A stretch of 64,000 nt of DNA from Auanema rhodensis (lineage: Eukaryota > Animalia > Nematoda). The stretch lies in contig CAXKVF010000096.1 of NCBI GenBank assembly GCA_964057225.1, positions 1-64,000 of the forward strand, written 5' to 3'. The position numbers and the translations under genes were made by a program. The notes below the pieces were generated by a model. It saw nothing but the letters and a program-made list of their open reading frames with translations. It was not told the DNA's origin and searched no databases. Below are positions 26,001 to 40,475 of the stretch, in pieces. Position 1 is the first letter of the stretch. Each line of letters opens with the position of its first letter.

Positions 26001-29000
26001 ATGACTTTGAAATTTACGTGAACTTTAATTTATGCTAATTAAATGTACACGTGATGTGCCCTTGGTATGTAACTCGCTTCACGTGAAAGATAAAGAGATG
26101 CGGTTTTCAAAATTAGATTCCCCATGTCCATATTAGTCTAAAAACAAATTTTTATTGATATTGGTTAATGGTAACCATGACTTTGAAATTTACGTGAACT
26201 TTAATTTATGCTAATTAAATGTACACGTGATGTGCACATGGTATGTAACTCGCTTCACGTGAAAGATAAAGAGATGCGGTTTTCGAAATTAGATTCCCCA
26301 TGTCCATATTAGTCTAAAAACAAATTTTTATTGATATTGGTGCATGGTAACCATGACTTTGAAATTTACATGAACTTTAATTCATGCTAATTAAATGTAC
26401 ACGTGATGTGCACTTGGTATGTAACTCGCTTCACGTGAAAGATAAAGAGATGCGGTTTTCAAAATTAGATTCCCCATGTCCATATTAGTCTAAAAACAAA
26501 TTTTTATTGATATTGGTGCATGGTAACCATGACTTTGAAATTTACATGAACTTTAATTCATGCTAATTAAATGTACACGTGATGTGCACTTGGTATGTAA
26601 CTCGCTTCACGTGAAAGATAAAGAGATGCGGTTTTCAAATTTAGATTCCCCATGTCCATATTAGTCTAAAAACAAATTTTTATTGATATTGCTTCATGGT
26701 AACCATGACTTTGAAATTTACGTGAACTTTAATTTATGCTAATTAAATGTACACGTGATGTGCACTTGGTATGTAACTCGCTTCACGTGAAAGATAAAGA
26801 GATGCGGTTCTCAAAATTAGATTCCCCATGTCCATATTAGTCTAAAAACAAATTTTTATTGATATTGCTTCATGGTAACCATGACTTTGAAATTTACGTG
26901 AACTTTAATTTATGCTAATTAAATGTACACGTGATGTGCACTTGGTATGTAACTCGCTTCACGTGAAAGATAAAGAGATGCGGTTTTCAAAATTAGATTC
27001 CCCATGTCCATATTAGTCTAAAAACAAATTTTTATTGATATTGCTTCATGGTAACCATGACTTTGAAATTTACGTGAACTTTAATTTATGCTAATTAAAT
27101 GTACACGTGATGTGCACTTGGTATGTAACTCGCTTCACGTGAAAGATAAAGAGATGCGGTTTTCAAAATTAGATTCCCCATGTCCATATTAGTCTACAAA
27201 CTAATTTTTATTGATATTGCTTCATGGTAACCATGACTTTGAATTTTACGTGAACTTTAATTTATGCTAATTAAATGTACACGTGATGTGCACTTGGTAT
27301 GTAACTCGCTTCACGTGAAAGATAAAGAGATGCGGTTTTCAAAATTAGATTCCCCATGTCCATATTAGTCTAAAAACAAATTTTTATTGATATTGGTTCA
27401 TGGTAACCATGACTTTGAAATTTACGTGAACTTTAATTTATGCTAATTAAATGTACACGTGATGTGCACATGGTATGTAACTCGCTTCACGTGAAAGATA
27501 AAGAGATGCAGTTTTCGAAATTAGATTCCCCATGTCCATATTAGTCTAAAAACAAATTTTTATTGATATTGCTTCATGGTAACCATGACTTTGAAATTTA
27601 CGTGAACTTTAATTTATGCTAATTAAATGTACACGTGATGTGCCCTTGGTATGTAACTCGCTTCACGTGAAAGATAAAGAGATGCGGTTTTCAAAATTAG
27701 ATTCCCCATGTCCATATTAGTCTAAAAACAAATTTTTATTGATATTGGTTAATGGTAACCATGACTTTGAAATTTACGTGAACTTTAATTTATGCTAATT
27801 AAATGTACACGTGATGTGCACATGGTATGTAACTCGCTTCACGTGAAAGATAAAGAGATGCGGTTTTCGAAATTAGATTCCCCATGTCCATATTAGTCTA
27901 AAAACAAATTTTTATTGATATTGGTGCATGGTAACCATGACTTTGAAATTTACATGAACTTTAATTCATGCTAATTAAATGTACACGTGATGTGCACTTG
28001 GTATGTAACTCGCTTCACGTGAAAGATAAAGAGATGCGGTTTTCAAAATTAGATTCCCCATGTCCATATTAGTCTAAAAACAAATTTTTATTGATATTGG
28101 TGCATGGTAACCATGACTTTGAAATTTACATGAACTTTAATTCATGCTAATTAAATGTACACGTGATGTGCACTTGGTATGTAACTCGCTTCACGTGAAA
28201 GATAAAGAGATGCGGTTTTCAAATTTAGATTCCCCATGTCCATATTAGTCTAAAAACAAATTTTTATTGATATTGCTTCATGGTAACCATGACTTTGAAA
28301 TTTACGTGAACTTTAATTTATGCTAATTAAATGTACACGTGATGTGCACTTGGTATGTAACTCGCTTCACGTGAAAGATAAAGAGATGCGGTTCTCAAAA
28401 TTAGATTCCCCATGTCCATATTAGTCTAAAAACAAATTTTTATTGATATTGCTTCATGGTAACCATGACTTTGAAATTTACGTGAACTTTAATTTATGCT
28501 AATTAAATGTACACGTGATGTGCACTTGGTATGTAACTCGCTTCACGTGAAAGATAAAGAGATGCGGTTTTCAAAATTAGATTCCCCATGTCCATATTAG
28601 TCTAAAAACAAATTATTATTGATATTGCTTCATGGTAACCATGACTTTGAAATTTACGTGAACTTTAATTTATGCTAATTAAATGTACACGTGATGTGCA
28701 CTTGGTATGTAACTCGCTTCACGTGAAAGATAAAGAGATGCGGTTTTCAAAATTAGATTCCCCATGTCCATATTAGTCTACAAACTAATTTTTATTGATA
28801 TTGCTTCATGGTAACCATGACTTTGAATTTTACGTGAACTTTAATTTATGCTAATTAAATGTACACGTGATGTGCACTTGGTATGTAACTCGCTTCACGT
28901 GAAAGATAAAGAGATGCGGTTTTCAAAATTAGATTCCCCATGTCCATATTAGTCTAAAAACAAATTTTTATTGATAATGGTTCATGGTAACCATGACTTT

Positions 29001-29387
29001 GAAATTTACGTGAACTTTAATTTATGCTAATTAATTGTACACGTGATGTGCACTTGGTATGTAACTCGCTTCACGTGAAAGATAAAGAGATGCGGTTTTC
29101 AAAATTAGATTCCCCATGTCCATATTAGTCTAAAAACAAATTTTTATTGATATTGCTTCATGGTAACCATGACTTTGAAATTTACGTGAACTTTAATTTA
29201 TGCTAATTAAATGTACACGTGATGTGCACTTGGTATGTAACTCGCTTCACGTGAAAGATAAAGAGATGCGGTTTTCAAAATTAGATTTCCCATGTCCATA
29301 TTAGTCTAAAAACAAATTTTTATTGATATTGGTTCATGGTAACCATGACTTTGAAATTTACGTGAACTTTAATTTATGCTAATTAAA
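17068..29387 (+). repeat. Most diverged domain, with nested 5-, 9- and 35-monomer-offset duplications
   Basis: Diagnostic monomers (GGTGAATGATAACC; GATGAA/CAAGATT/CCTCA; GCACATGG/TCGAAA; TTTACATG/ATTCATG; CTACAAACTAA) recur in the same order. Confidence 0.9.
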
Positions 29388-32300
29388 TGTACACGTGATG
29401 TGCACTTGGTATGTAACTCGCTTCACGTGAAAGATAAAGAGATGCGGTTTTCAAAATTAGATTCCCCATGTCCATATTAGTCTAAAAACAAATTTTTATT
29501 GATATTGGTTCATGGTAACCATGACTTTGAAATTTACGTGAACTTTAATTTATGCTAATTAAATGTACACGTGATGTGCACTTGGTATGTAACTCGCTTC
29601 ACGTGAAAGATAAAGAGATGCGGTTTTCAAAATTAGATTCCCCATGTCCATATTAGTCTAAAAACAAATTTTTATTGATATTGCTTCATGGTAACCATGA
29701 CTTTGAAATTTACGTGAACTTTAATTTATGCTAATTAAATGTACACGTGATGTGCACTTGGTATGTAACTCGCTTCACGTGAAAGATAAAGAGATGCGGT
29801 TTTCAAAATTAGATTCCCCATGTCGATATTAGTCTAAAAACAAATTTTTATTGATATTGGTTCATGGTAACCATGACTTTGAAATTTACGTGAACTTTAA
29901 TTTATGCTAATTAAATGTACACGTGATGTGCACTTGGTATGTAACTCGCTTCACGTGAAAGATAAAGAGATGCGGTTTTCAAAATTAGATTCCCCATGTC
30001 CATATTAGTCTAAAAACAAATTTTTATTGATATTGCTCCATGGTAACCATGACTTTGAAATTTACGTGAACTTTAATTTATGCTAATTAAATGTACACGT
30101 GATGTGCACTTGGTATGTAACTCGCTTCACGTGAAAGATAAAGAGATGCGGTTTTCAAAATTAGATTCCCCATGTCCATATTAGTCTAAAAACAAATTTT
30201 TATTGATATTGCTCCATGGTAACCATGACTTTGAAATTTACGTGAACTTTAATTTATGCTAATTAAATGTACACGTGATGTGCACTTGGTATGTAACTCG
30301 CTTCACGTGAAAGATAAAGAGATGCGGTTTTCAAAATTAGATTCCCCATGTCCATATTAGTCTAAAAACAAATTTTTATTGATATTGGTTCATGGTAACC
30401 ATGACTTTGAAATTTACGTGAACTTTAATTTATGCTAATTAAATGTACACGTGATGTGCACTTGGTATGTAACTCGCTTCACGTGAAAGATAAAGAGATG
30501 CGGTTTTCAAAATTAGATTCCCCATGTCCATATTAGTCTAAAAACAAATTTTTATTGATATTGCTTCATGGTAACCATGACTTTGAAATTTACGTGAACT
30601 TTAATTTATGCTAATTAAATGTACACGTGATGTGCACTTGGTATGTAACTCGCTTCACGTGAAAGATAAAGAGATGCGGTTTTCAAAATTAGATTCCCCA
30701 TGTCCATATTAGTCTAAAAACAAATTTTTATTGATATTGGTTCATGGTAACCATGACTTTGAAATTTACGTGAACTTTAATTTATGCTAATTAAATAAAC
30801 ACGTGATGTGCACTTGGTATGTAACTCGCTTCACGTGAAAGATAAAGAGATGCGGTTTTCAAAATTAGATTCCCCATGTCCATATTAGTCTAAAAACAAA
30901 TTTTTATTGATATTGCTTCATGGTAACCATGACTTTGAAATTTACGTGAACTTTAATTTATGCTAATTAAATGTACACGTGATGTGCACTTGGTATGTAA
31001 CTCGCTTCACGTGAAAGATAAAGAGATGCGGTTTTCAAAATTAGATTCCCCATGTCCATATTAGTCTAAAAACAAATTTTTATTGATATTGCTTCATGGT
31101 AACCATGACTTTGAAATTTACGTGAACTTTAATTTATGCTAATTAAATGTACACGTGATGTGCACTTGGTATGTAACTCGCTTCACGTGAAAGATAAAGA
31201 GATGCGGTTTTCAAAATTAGATTCCCCTTGTCCATATTAGTCTAAAAACAAATTTTTATTGATATTGGTTCATGGTAACCATGACTTTGAAATTTACGTG
31301 AACTTTAATTTATGCTAATTAAATGTACACGTGATGTGCACTTGGTATGTAACTCGCTTCACGTGAAAGATAAAGAGATGCGGTTTTCAAAATTAGATTC
31401 CCCATGTCCATATTAGTCTAAAAACAAATTTTTATTGATATTGCTTCATGGTAACCATGACTTTGAAATTTACGTGAACTTTAATTTATGCTAATTAAAT
31501 GTACACGTGATGTGCACTTGGTATGTGACTCGCTTCACGTGAAAGATAAAGAGATGCGGTTTTCAAAATTAGATTCCCTATGTCCATATTAGTCTAAAAA
31601 CAAATTTTTATTGATATTGGTTCATGGTAACCATGACTCTGAAATTTACGTGAACTTTAATTTATGCTAATTAAATGTACACGTGATGTGCACTTGGTAT
31701 GTAACTCGCTTCACGTGAAAGATAAAGAGATGCGGTTTTCAAAATTAGATTCCCCATGTCCATATTAGTCTAAAAACAAATTTTTATTGATATTGCTTCA
31801 TGGTAACCATGACTTTGAAATTTACGTGAACTTTAATTTATGCTAATTAAATGTACACGTGATGTGCACTTGGTATGTAACTCGCTTCACGTGAAAGATA
31901 AAGAGATGCGGTTTTCAAAATTAGATTCCCCATGTCCATATTAGTCTAAAAACAAATTTTTATTGATATTGGTTCATGGTAACCATGACTTTGAAATTTA
32001 CGTGAACTTTAATTTATGCTAATTAAATGTACACGTGATGTGCACTTGGTATGTAACTCGCTTCACGTGAAAGATAAAGAGATGCGGTTTTCAAAATTAG
32101 ATTCCCCATGTCCATATTAGTCTAAATACAAATTTTTATTGATATTGGTGCATGGTAACCATGACTTTGAAATTTACGTGAACTTTAATTTATGCTAATT
32201 AAATGTACACGTGATGTGCACTTGGTATGTAACTCGCTTCACGTGAAAGATAAAGAGATGCGGTTTTCAAAATTAGATTCCCCATGTCCATATTAGTCTA

Positions 32301-34667
32301 AAAACAAATTTTTATTGATATTGCTTCATGGTAACCATGACTTTGAAATTTACGTGAACTTTAATTTATGCTAATTAAATGTACACGTGATGTGCACTTG
32401 GTATGTAACTCGCTTCACGTGAAAGATAAAGAGATGCGGTTTTCAAAATTAGATTCCCCATGTCCATATTAGTCTAAAAACAAATTTTTATTGATATTGC
32501 TTCATGGTAACCATGACTTTGAAATTTACGTGAACTTTAATTTATGCTAATTAAATGTACACGTGATGTGCACTTGGTATGTAACTCGCTTCACGTGAAA
32601 GATAAAGAGATGCGGTTTTCAAAATTAGATTCCCCTTGTCCATATTAGTCTAAAAACAAATTTTTATTGATATTGGTTCATGGTAACCATGACTTTGAAT
32701 TTTACGTGAACTTTAATTTATGCTAATTAAATGTACACGTGATGTGCACTTGGTATGTAACTCGCTTCACGTGAAAGATAAAGAGATGTGGTTTTCAAAA
32801 TTAGATTCCCCATGTCCATATTAGTCTAAAAACAAATTTTTATTGATATTGGTTCATGGTAACCATGACTTTGAAATTTACGTGAACTTTAATTTATGCT
32901 AATTAAATGTACACGTGATGTGCACTTGGTATGTAACTCGCTTCACGTGAAAGATAAAGAGATGCGGTTTTCAAAATTAGATTCCCCATGTCCATATTAG
33001 TCTAAAAACAAATTTTTATTGATATTGCTTCATGGTAACCATGACTTTGAAATTTACGTGAACTTTAATTTATGCTAATTAAATGTACACGTGATGTGCA
33101 CTTGGTATGTAACTCGCTTCACGTGAAAGATAAAGAGATGCGGTTTTCAAAATTAGATTCCCCATGTCCATATTAGTCTAAAAACAAATTTTTATTGATA
33201 TTGGTTCATGGTAACCATGACTTTGAAATTTACGTGAACTTTAATTTATGCTAATTAAATGTACACGTGATGTGCACTTGGTATGTAACTCGCTTCACGT
33301 GAAAGATAAAGAGATGCGGTTTTCAAAATTAGATTCCCCATGTCCATATTAGTCTAAAAACAAATTTTTATTGATATTGGTTCATGGTAACCATGACTTT
33401 GAAATTTACGTGAACTTTAATTTATGCTAATTAAATGTACACGTGATGTGCACTTGGTATGTGACTCGCTTCACGTGAAAGATAAAGAGATGCGGTTTTC
33501 AAAATTAGATTCCCTATGTCCATATTAGTCTAAAAACAAATTTTTATTGATATTGGTTCATGGTAACCATGACTTTGAAATTTACGTGAACTTTAATTTA
33601 TGCTAATTAAATGTACACGTGATGTGCACTTGGTATGTGACTCGCTTCACGTGAAAGATAAAGAGATGCGGTTTTCAAAATTAGATTCCCTATGTCCATA
33701 TTAGTCTAAAAACAAATTTTTATTGATATTGGTTCATGGTAACCATGACTCTGAAATTTACGTGAACTTTAATTTATGCTAATTAAATGTACACGTGATG
33801 TGCACTTGGTATGTAACTCGCTTCACGTGAAAGATAAAGAGATGCGGTTTTCAAAATTAGATTCCCCATGTCCATATTAGTCTAAAAACAAATTTTTATT
33901 GATATTGCTTCATGGTAACCATGACTTTGAAATTTACGTGAACTTTAATTTATGCTAATTAAATGTACACGTGATGTGCACTTGGTATGTAACTCGCTTC
34001 ACGTGAAAGATAAAGAGATGCGGTTTTCAAAATTAGATTCCCCATGTCCATATTAGTCTAAAAACAAATTTTTATTGATATTGGTTCATGGTAACCATGA
34101 CTTTGAAATTTACGTGAACTTTAATTTATGCTAATTAAATGTACACGTGATGTGCACTTGGTATGTGACTCGCTTCACGTGAAAGATAAAGAGATGCGGT
34201 TTTCAAAATTAGATTCCCCATGTCCATATTAGTCTAAAAACAAATTTTTATTGATATTGGTTCATGGTAACCATGACTCTGAAATTTACGTGAACTTTAA
34301 TTTATGCTAATTAAATGTACACGTGATGTGCACTTGGTATGTAACTCGCTTCACGTGAAAGATAAAGAGATGCGGTTTTCAAAATTAGATTTCCCATGTC
34401 CATATTAGTCTAAAAACAAATTTTTATTGATATTGGTTCATGGTAACCATGACTTTGAAATTTACGTGAACTTTAATTTATGCTAATTAAATGTACACGT
34501 GATGTGCACTTGGTATGTAACTCGCTTCACGTGAAAGATAAAGAGATGCGGTTTTCAAAATTAGATTCCCCATGTCCATATTAGTCTAAAAACAAATTTT
34601 TATTGATATTGGTTCATGGTAACCATGACTTTGAAATTTACGTGAACTTTAATTTATGCTAATTAAA

Positions 34668-37600
34668 TGTACACGTGATGTGCACTTGGTATGTGACTCG
34701 CTTCACGTGAAAGATAAAGAGATGCGGTTTTCAAAATTAGATTCCCCATGTCCATATTAGTCTAAAAACAAATTTTTATTGATATTGGTTCATGGTAACC
34801 ATGACTCTGAAATTTACGTGAACTTTAATTTATGCTAATTAAATGTACACGTGATGTGCACTTGGTATGTAACTCGCTTCACGTGAAAGATAAAGAGATG
34901 CGGTTTTCAAAATTAGATTTCCCATGTCCATATTAGTCTAAAAACAAATTTTTATTGATATTGCTTCATGGTAACCATGACTTTGAAATTTACGTGAACT
35001 TTAATTTATGCTAATTAAATGTACACGTGATGTGCACTTGGTATGTAACTCGCTTCACGTGAAAGATAAAGAGATGCGGTTTTCAAAATTAGATTCCCCT
35101 TGTCCATATTAGTCTAAAAACAAATTTTTATTGATATTGGTTCATGGTAACCATGACTTTGAATTTTACGTGAACTTTAATTTATGCTAATTAAATGTAC
35201 ACGTGATGTGCACTTGGTATGTAACTCGCTTCACGTGAAAGATAAAGAGATGCGGTTTTCAAAATTAGATTCCCCATGTCCATATTAGTCTAAAAACAAA
35301 TTTTTATTGATATTGGTTCATGGTAACCATGACTTTGAAATTTACGTGAACTTTAATTTATGCTAATTAAATGTACACGTGATGTGCACTTGGTATGTAA
35401 CTCGCTTCACGTGAAAGATAAAGAGATGCGGTTTTCAAAATTAGATTCCCCATGTCCATATTAGTCTAAAAACAAATTTTTATTGATATTGCTTCATGGT
35501 AACCATGACTTTGAATTTTACGTGAACTTTAATTTATGCTAATTAAATGTACACGTGATGTGCACTTGGTATGTAACTCGCTTCACGTGAAAGATAAAGA
35601 GATGTGGTTTTCAAAATTAGATTCCCCATGTCCATATTAGTCTAAAAACAAATTTTTATTGATATTGGTTCATGGTAACCATGACTTTGAAATTTACGTG
35701 AACTTTAATTTATGCTAATTAAATGTACACGTGATGTGCACTTGGTATGTAACTCGCTTCACGTGAAAGATAAAGAGATGCGGTTTTCAAAATTAGATTC
35801 CCCATGTCCATATTAGTCTAAAAACAAATTTTTATTGATATTGCTTCATGGTAACCATGACTTTGAAATTTACGTGAACTTTAATTTATGCTAATTAAAT
35901 GTACACGTGATGTGCACTTGGTATGTAACTCGCTTCACGTGAAAGATAAAGAGATGCGGTTTTCAAAATTAGATTCCCCATGTCCATATTAGTCTAAAAA
36001 CAAATTTTTATTGATATTGGTTCATGGTAACCATGACTTTGAAATTTACGTGAACTTTAATTTATGCTAATTAAATGTACACGTGATGTGCACTTGGTAT
36101 GTAACTCGCTTCACGTGAAAGATAAAGAGATGCGGTTTTCAAAATTAGATTCCCCATGTCCATATTAGTCTAAAAACAAATTTTTATTGATATTGGTTCA
36201 TGGTAACCATGACTTTGAAATTTACGTGAACTTTAATTTATGCTAATTAAATGTACACGTGATGTGCACTTGGTATGTGACTCGCTTCACGTGAAAGATA
36301 AAGAGATGCGGTTTTCAAAATTAGATTCCCTATGTCCATATTAGTCTAAAAACAAATTTTTATTGATATTGGTTCATGGTAACCATGACTTTGAAATTTA
36401 CGTGAACTTTAATTTATGCTAATTAAATGTACACGTGATGTGCACTTGGTATGTGACTCGCTTCACGTGAAAGATAAAGAGATGCGGTTTTCAAAATTAG
36501 ATTCCCTATGTCCATATTAGTCTAAAAACAAATTTTTATTGATATTGGTTCATGGTAACCATGACTTTGAAATTTACGTGAACTTTAATTTATGCTAATT
36601 AAATGTACACGTGATGTGCACTTGGTATGTGACTCGCTTCACGTGAAAGATAAAGAGATGCGGTTTTCAAAATTAGATTCCCTATGTCCATATTAGTCTA
36701 AAAACAAATTTTTATTGATATTGGTTCATGGTAACCATGACTCTGAAATTTACGTGAACTTTAATTTATGCTAATTAAATGTACACGTGATGTGCACTTG
36801 GTATGTAACTCGCTTCACGTGAAAGATAAAGAGATGCGGTTTTCAAAATTAGATTCCCCATGTCCATATTAGTCTAAAAACAAATTTTTATTGATATTGC
36901 TTCATGGTAACCATGACTTTGAAATTTACGTGAACTTTAATTTATGCTAATTAAATGTACACGTGATGTGCACTTGGTATGTAACTCGCTTCACGTGAAA
37001 GATAAAGAGATGCGGTTTTCAAAATTAGATTCCCCATGTCCATATTAGTCTAAAAACAAATTTTTATTGATATTGGTTCATGGTAACCATGACTTTGAAA
37101 TTTACGTGAACTTTAATTTATGCTAATTAAATGTACACGTGATGTGCACTTGGTATGTAACTCGCTTCACGTGAAAGATAAAGAGATGCGGTTTTCAAAA
37201 TTAGATTCCCCATGTCCATATTAGTCTAAAAACAAATTTTTATTGATATTGGTTCATGGTAACCATGACTTTGAAATTTACGTGAACTTTAATTTATGCT
37301 AATTAAATGTACACGTGATGTGCACTTGGTATGTGACTCGCTTCACGTGAAAGATAAAGAGATGCGGTTTTCAAAATTAGATTCCCCATGTCCATATTAG
37401 TCTAAAAACAAATTTTTATTGATATTGGTTCATGGTAACCATGACTCTGAAATTTACGTGAACTTTAATTTATGCTAATTAAATGTACACGTGATGTGCA
37501 CTTGGTATGTAACTCGCTTCACGTGAAAGATAAAGAGATGCGGTTTTCAAAATTAGATTTCCCATGTCCATATTAGTCTAAAAACAAATTTTTATTGATA

Positions 37601-40475
37601 TTGCTTCATGGTAACCATGACTTTGAAATTTACGTGAACTTTAATTTATGCTAATTAAATGTACACGTGATGTGCACTTGGTATGTAACTCGCTTCACGT
37701 GAAAGATAAAGAGATGCGGTTTTCAAAATTAGATTCCCCTTGTCCATATTAGTCTAAAAACAAATTTTTATTGATATTGGTTCATGGTAACCATGACTTT
37801 GAATTTTACGTGAACTTTAATTTATGCTAATTAAATGTACACGTGATGTGCACTTGGTATGTAACTCGCTTCACGTGAAAGATAAAGAGATGCGGTTTTC
37901 AAAATTAGATTCCCCATGTCCATATTAGTCTAAAAACAAATTTTTATTGATATTGGTTCATGGTAACCATGACTTTGAAATTTACGTGAACTTTAATTTA
38001 TGCTAATTAAATGTACACGTGATGTGCACTTGGTATGTAACTCGCTTCACGTGAAAGATAAAGAGATGCGGTTTTCAAAATTAGATTCCCCATGTCCATA
38101 TTAGTCTAAAAACAAATTTTTATTGATATTGCTTCATGGTAACCATGACTTTGAATTTTACGTGAACTTTAATTTATGCTAATTAAATGTACACGTGATG
38201 TGCACTTGGTATGTAACTCGCTTCACGTGAAAGATAAAGAGATGTGGTTTTCAAAATTAGATTCCCCATGTCCATATTAGTCTAAAAACAAATTTTTATT
38301 GATATTGGTTCATGGTAACCATGACTTTGAAATTTACGTGAACTTTAATTTATGCTAATTAAATGTACACGTGATGTGCACTTGGTATGTAACTCGCTTC
38401 ACGTGAAAGATAAAGAGATGCGGTTTTCAAAATTAGATTCCCCATGTCCATATTAGTCTAAAAACAAATTTTTATTGATATTGCTTCATGGTAACCATGA
38501 CTTTGAAATTTACGTGAACTTTAATTTATGCTAATTAAATGTACACGTGATGTGCACTTGGTATGTAACTCGCTTCACGTGAAAGATAAAGAGATGCGGT
38601 TTTCAAAATTAGATTCCCCATGTCCATATTAGTCTAAAAACAAATTTTTATTGATATTGGTTCATGGTAACCATGACTTTGAAATTTACGTGAACTTTAA
38701 TTTATGCTAATAAAATGTACACGTGATGTGCACTTGGTATGTAACTCGCTTCACGTGAAAGATAAAGAGATGCGGTTTTCAAAATTAGATTCCCCATGTC
38801 CATATTAGTCTAAAAACAAATTTTTATTGATATTGGTTCATGGTAACCATGACTTTGAAATTTACGTGAACTTTAATTTATGCTAATTAAATGTACACGT
38901 GATGTGCACTTGGTATGTGACTCGCTTCACGTGAAAGATAAAGAGATGCGGTTTTCAAAATTAGATTCCCTATGTCCATATTAGTCTAAAAACAAATTTT
39001 TATTGATATTGGTTCATGGTAACCATGACTTTGAAATTTACGTGAACTTTAATTTATGCTAATTAAATGTACACGTGATGTGCACTTGGTATGTGACTCG
39101 CTTCACGTGAAAGATAAAGAGATGCGGTTTTCAAAATTAGATTCCCTATGTCCATATTAGTCTAAAAACAAATTTTTATTGATATTGGTTCATGGTAACC
39201 ATGACTCTGAAATTTACGTGAACTTTAATTTATGCTAATTAAATGTACACGTGATGTGCACTTGGTATGTAACTCGCTTCACGTGAAAGATAAAGAGATG
39301 CGGTTTTCAAAATTAGATTCCCCATGTCCATATTAGTCTAAAAACAAATTTTTATTGATATTGCTTCATGGTAACCATGACTTTGAAATTTACGTGAACT
39401 TTAATTTATGCTAATTAAATGTACACGTGATGTGCACTTGGTATGTAACTCGCTTCACGTGAAAGATAAAGAGATGCGGTTTTCAAAATTAGATTCCCCA
39501 TGTCCATATTAGTCTAAAAACAAATTTTTATTGATATTGGTTCATGGTAACCATGACTTTGAAATTTACGTGAACTTTAATTTATGCTAATTAAATGTAC
39601 ACGTGATGTGCACTTGGTATGTAACTCGCTTCACGTGAAAGATAAAGAGATGCGGTTTTCAAAATTAGATTCCCCATGTCCATATTAGTCTAAAAACAAA
39701 TTTTTATTGATATTGGTTCATGGTAACCATGACTTTGAAATTTACGTGAACTTTAATTTATGCTAATTAAATGTACACGTGATGTGCACTTGGTATGTGA
39801 CTCGCTTCACGTGAAAGATAAAGAGATGCGGTTTTCAAAATTAGATTCCCCATGTCCATATTAGTCTAAAAACAAATTTTTATTGATATTGGTTCATGGT
39901 AACCATGACTCTGAAATTTACGTGAACTTTAATTTATGCTAATTAAATGTACACGTGATGTGCACTTGGTATGTAACTCGCTTCACGTGAAAGATAAAGA
40001 GATGCGGTTTTCAAAATTAGATTTCCCATGTCCATATTAGTCTAAAAACAAATTTTTATTGATATTGCTTCATGGTAACCATGACTTTGAAATTTACGTG
40101 AACTTTAATTTATGCTAATTAAATGTACACGTGATGTGCACTTGGTATGTAACTCGCTTCACGTGAAAGATAAAGAGATGCGGTTTTCAAAATTAGATTC
40201 CCCTTGTCCATATTAGTCTAAAAACAAATTTTTATTGATATTGGTTCATGGTAACCATGACTTTGAATTTTACGTGAACTTTAATTTATGCTAATTAAAT
40301 GTACACGTGATGTGCACTTGGTATGTAACTCGCTTCACGTGAAAGATAAAGAGATGCGGTTTTCAAAATTAGATTCCCCATGTCCATATTAGTCTAAAAA
40401 CAAATTTTTATTGATATTGGTTCATGGTAACCATGACTTTGAAATTTACGTGAACTTTAATTTATGCTAATTAAA
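34668..40475 (+). repeat. 15/14-monomer higher-order repeat (34668-37307, 37308-39771, partial third copy from 39772)
   Basis: The ordered series GTGACT+CTCTG, GATTTCCC+C, CCCCTTG+GAATTTT starts at 34668, 37308 and 39772. Confidence 0.88.
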
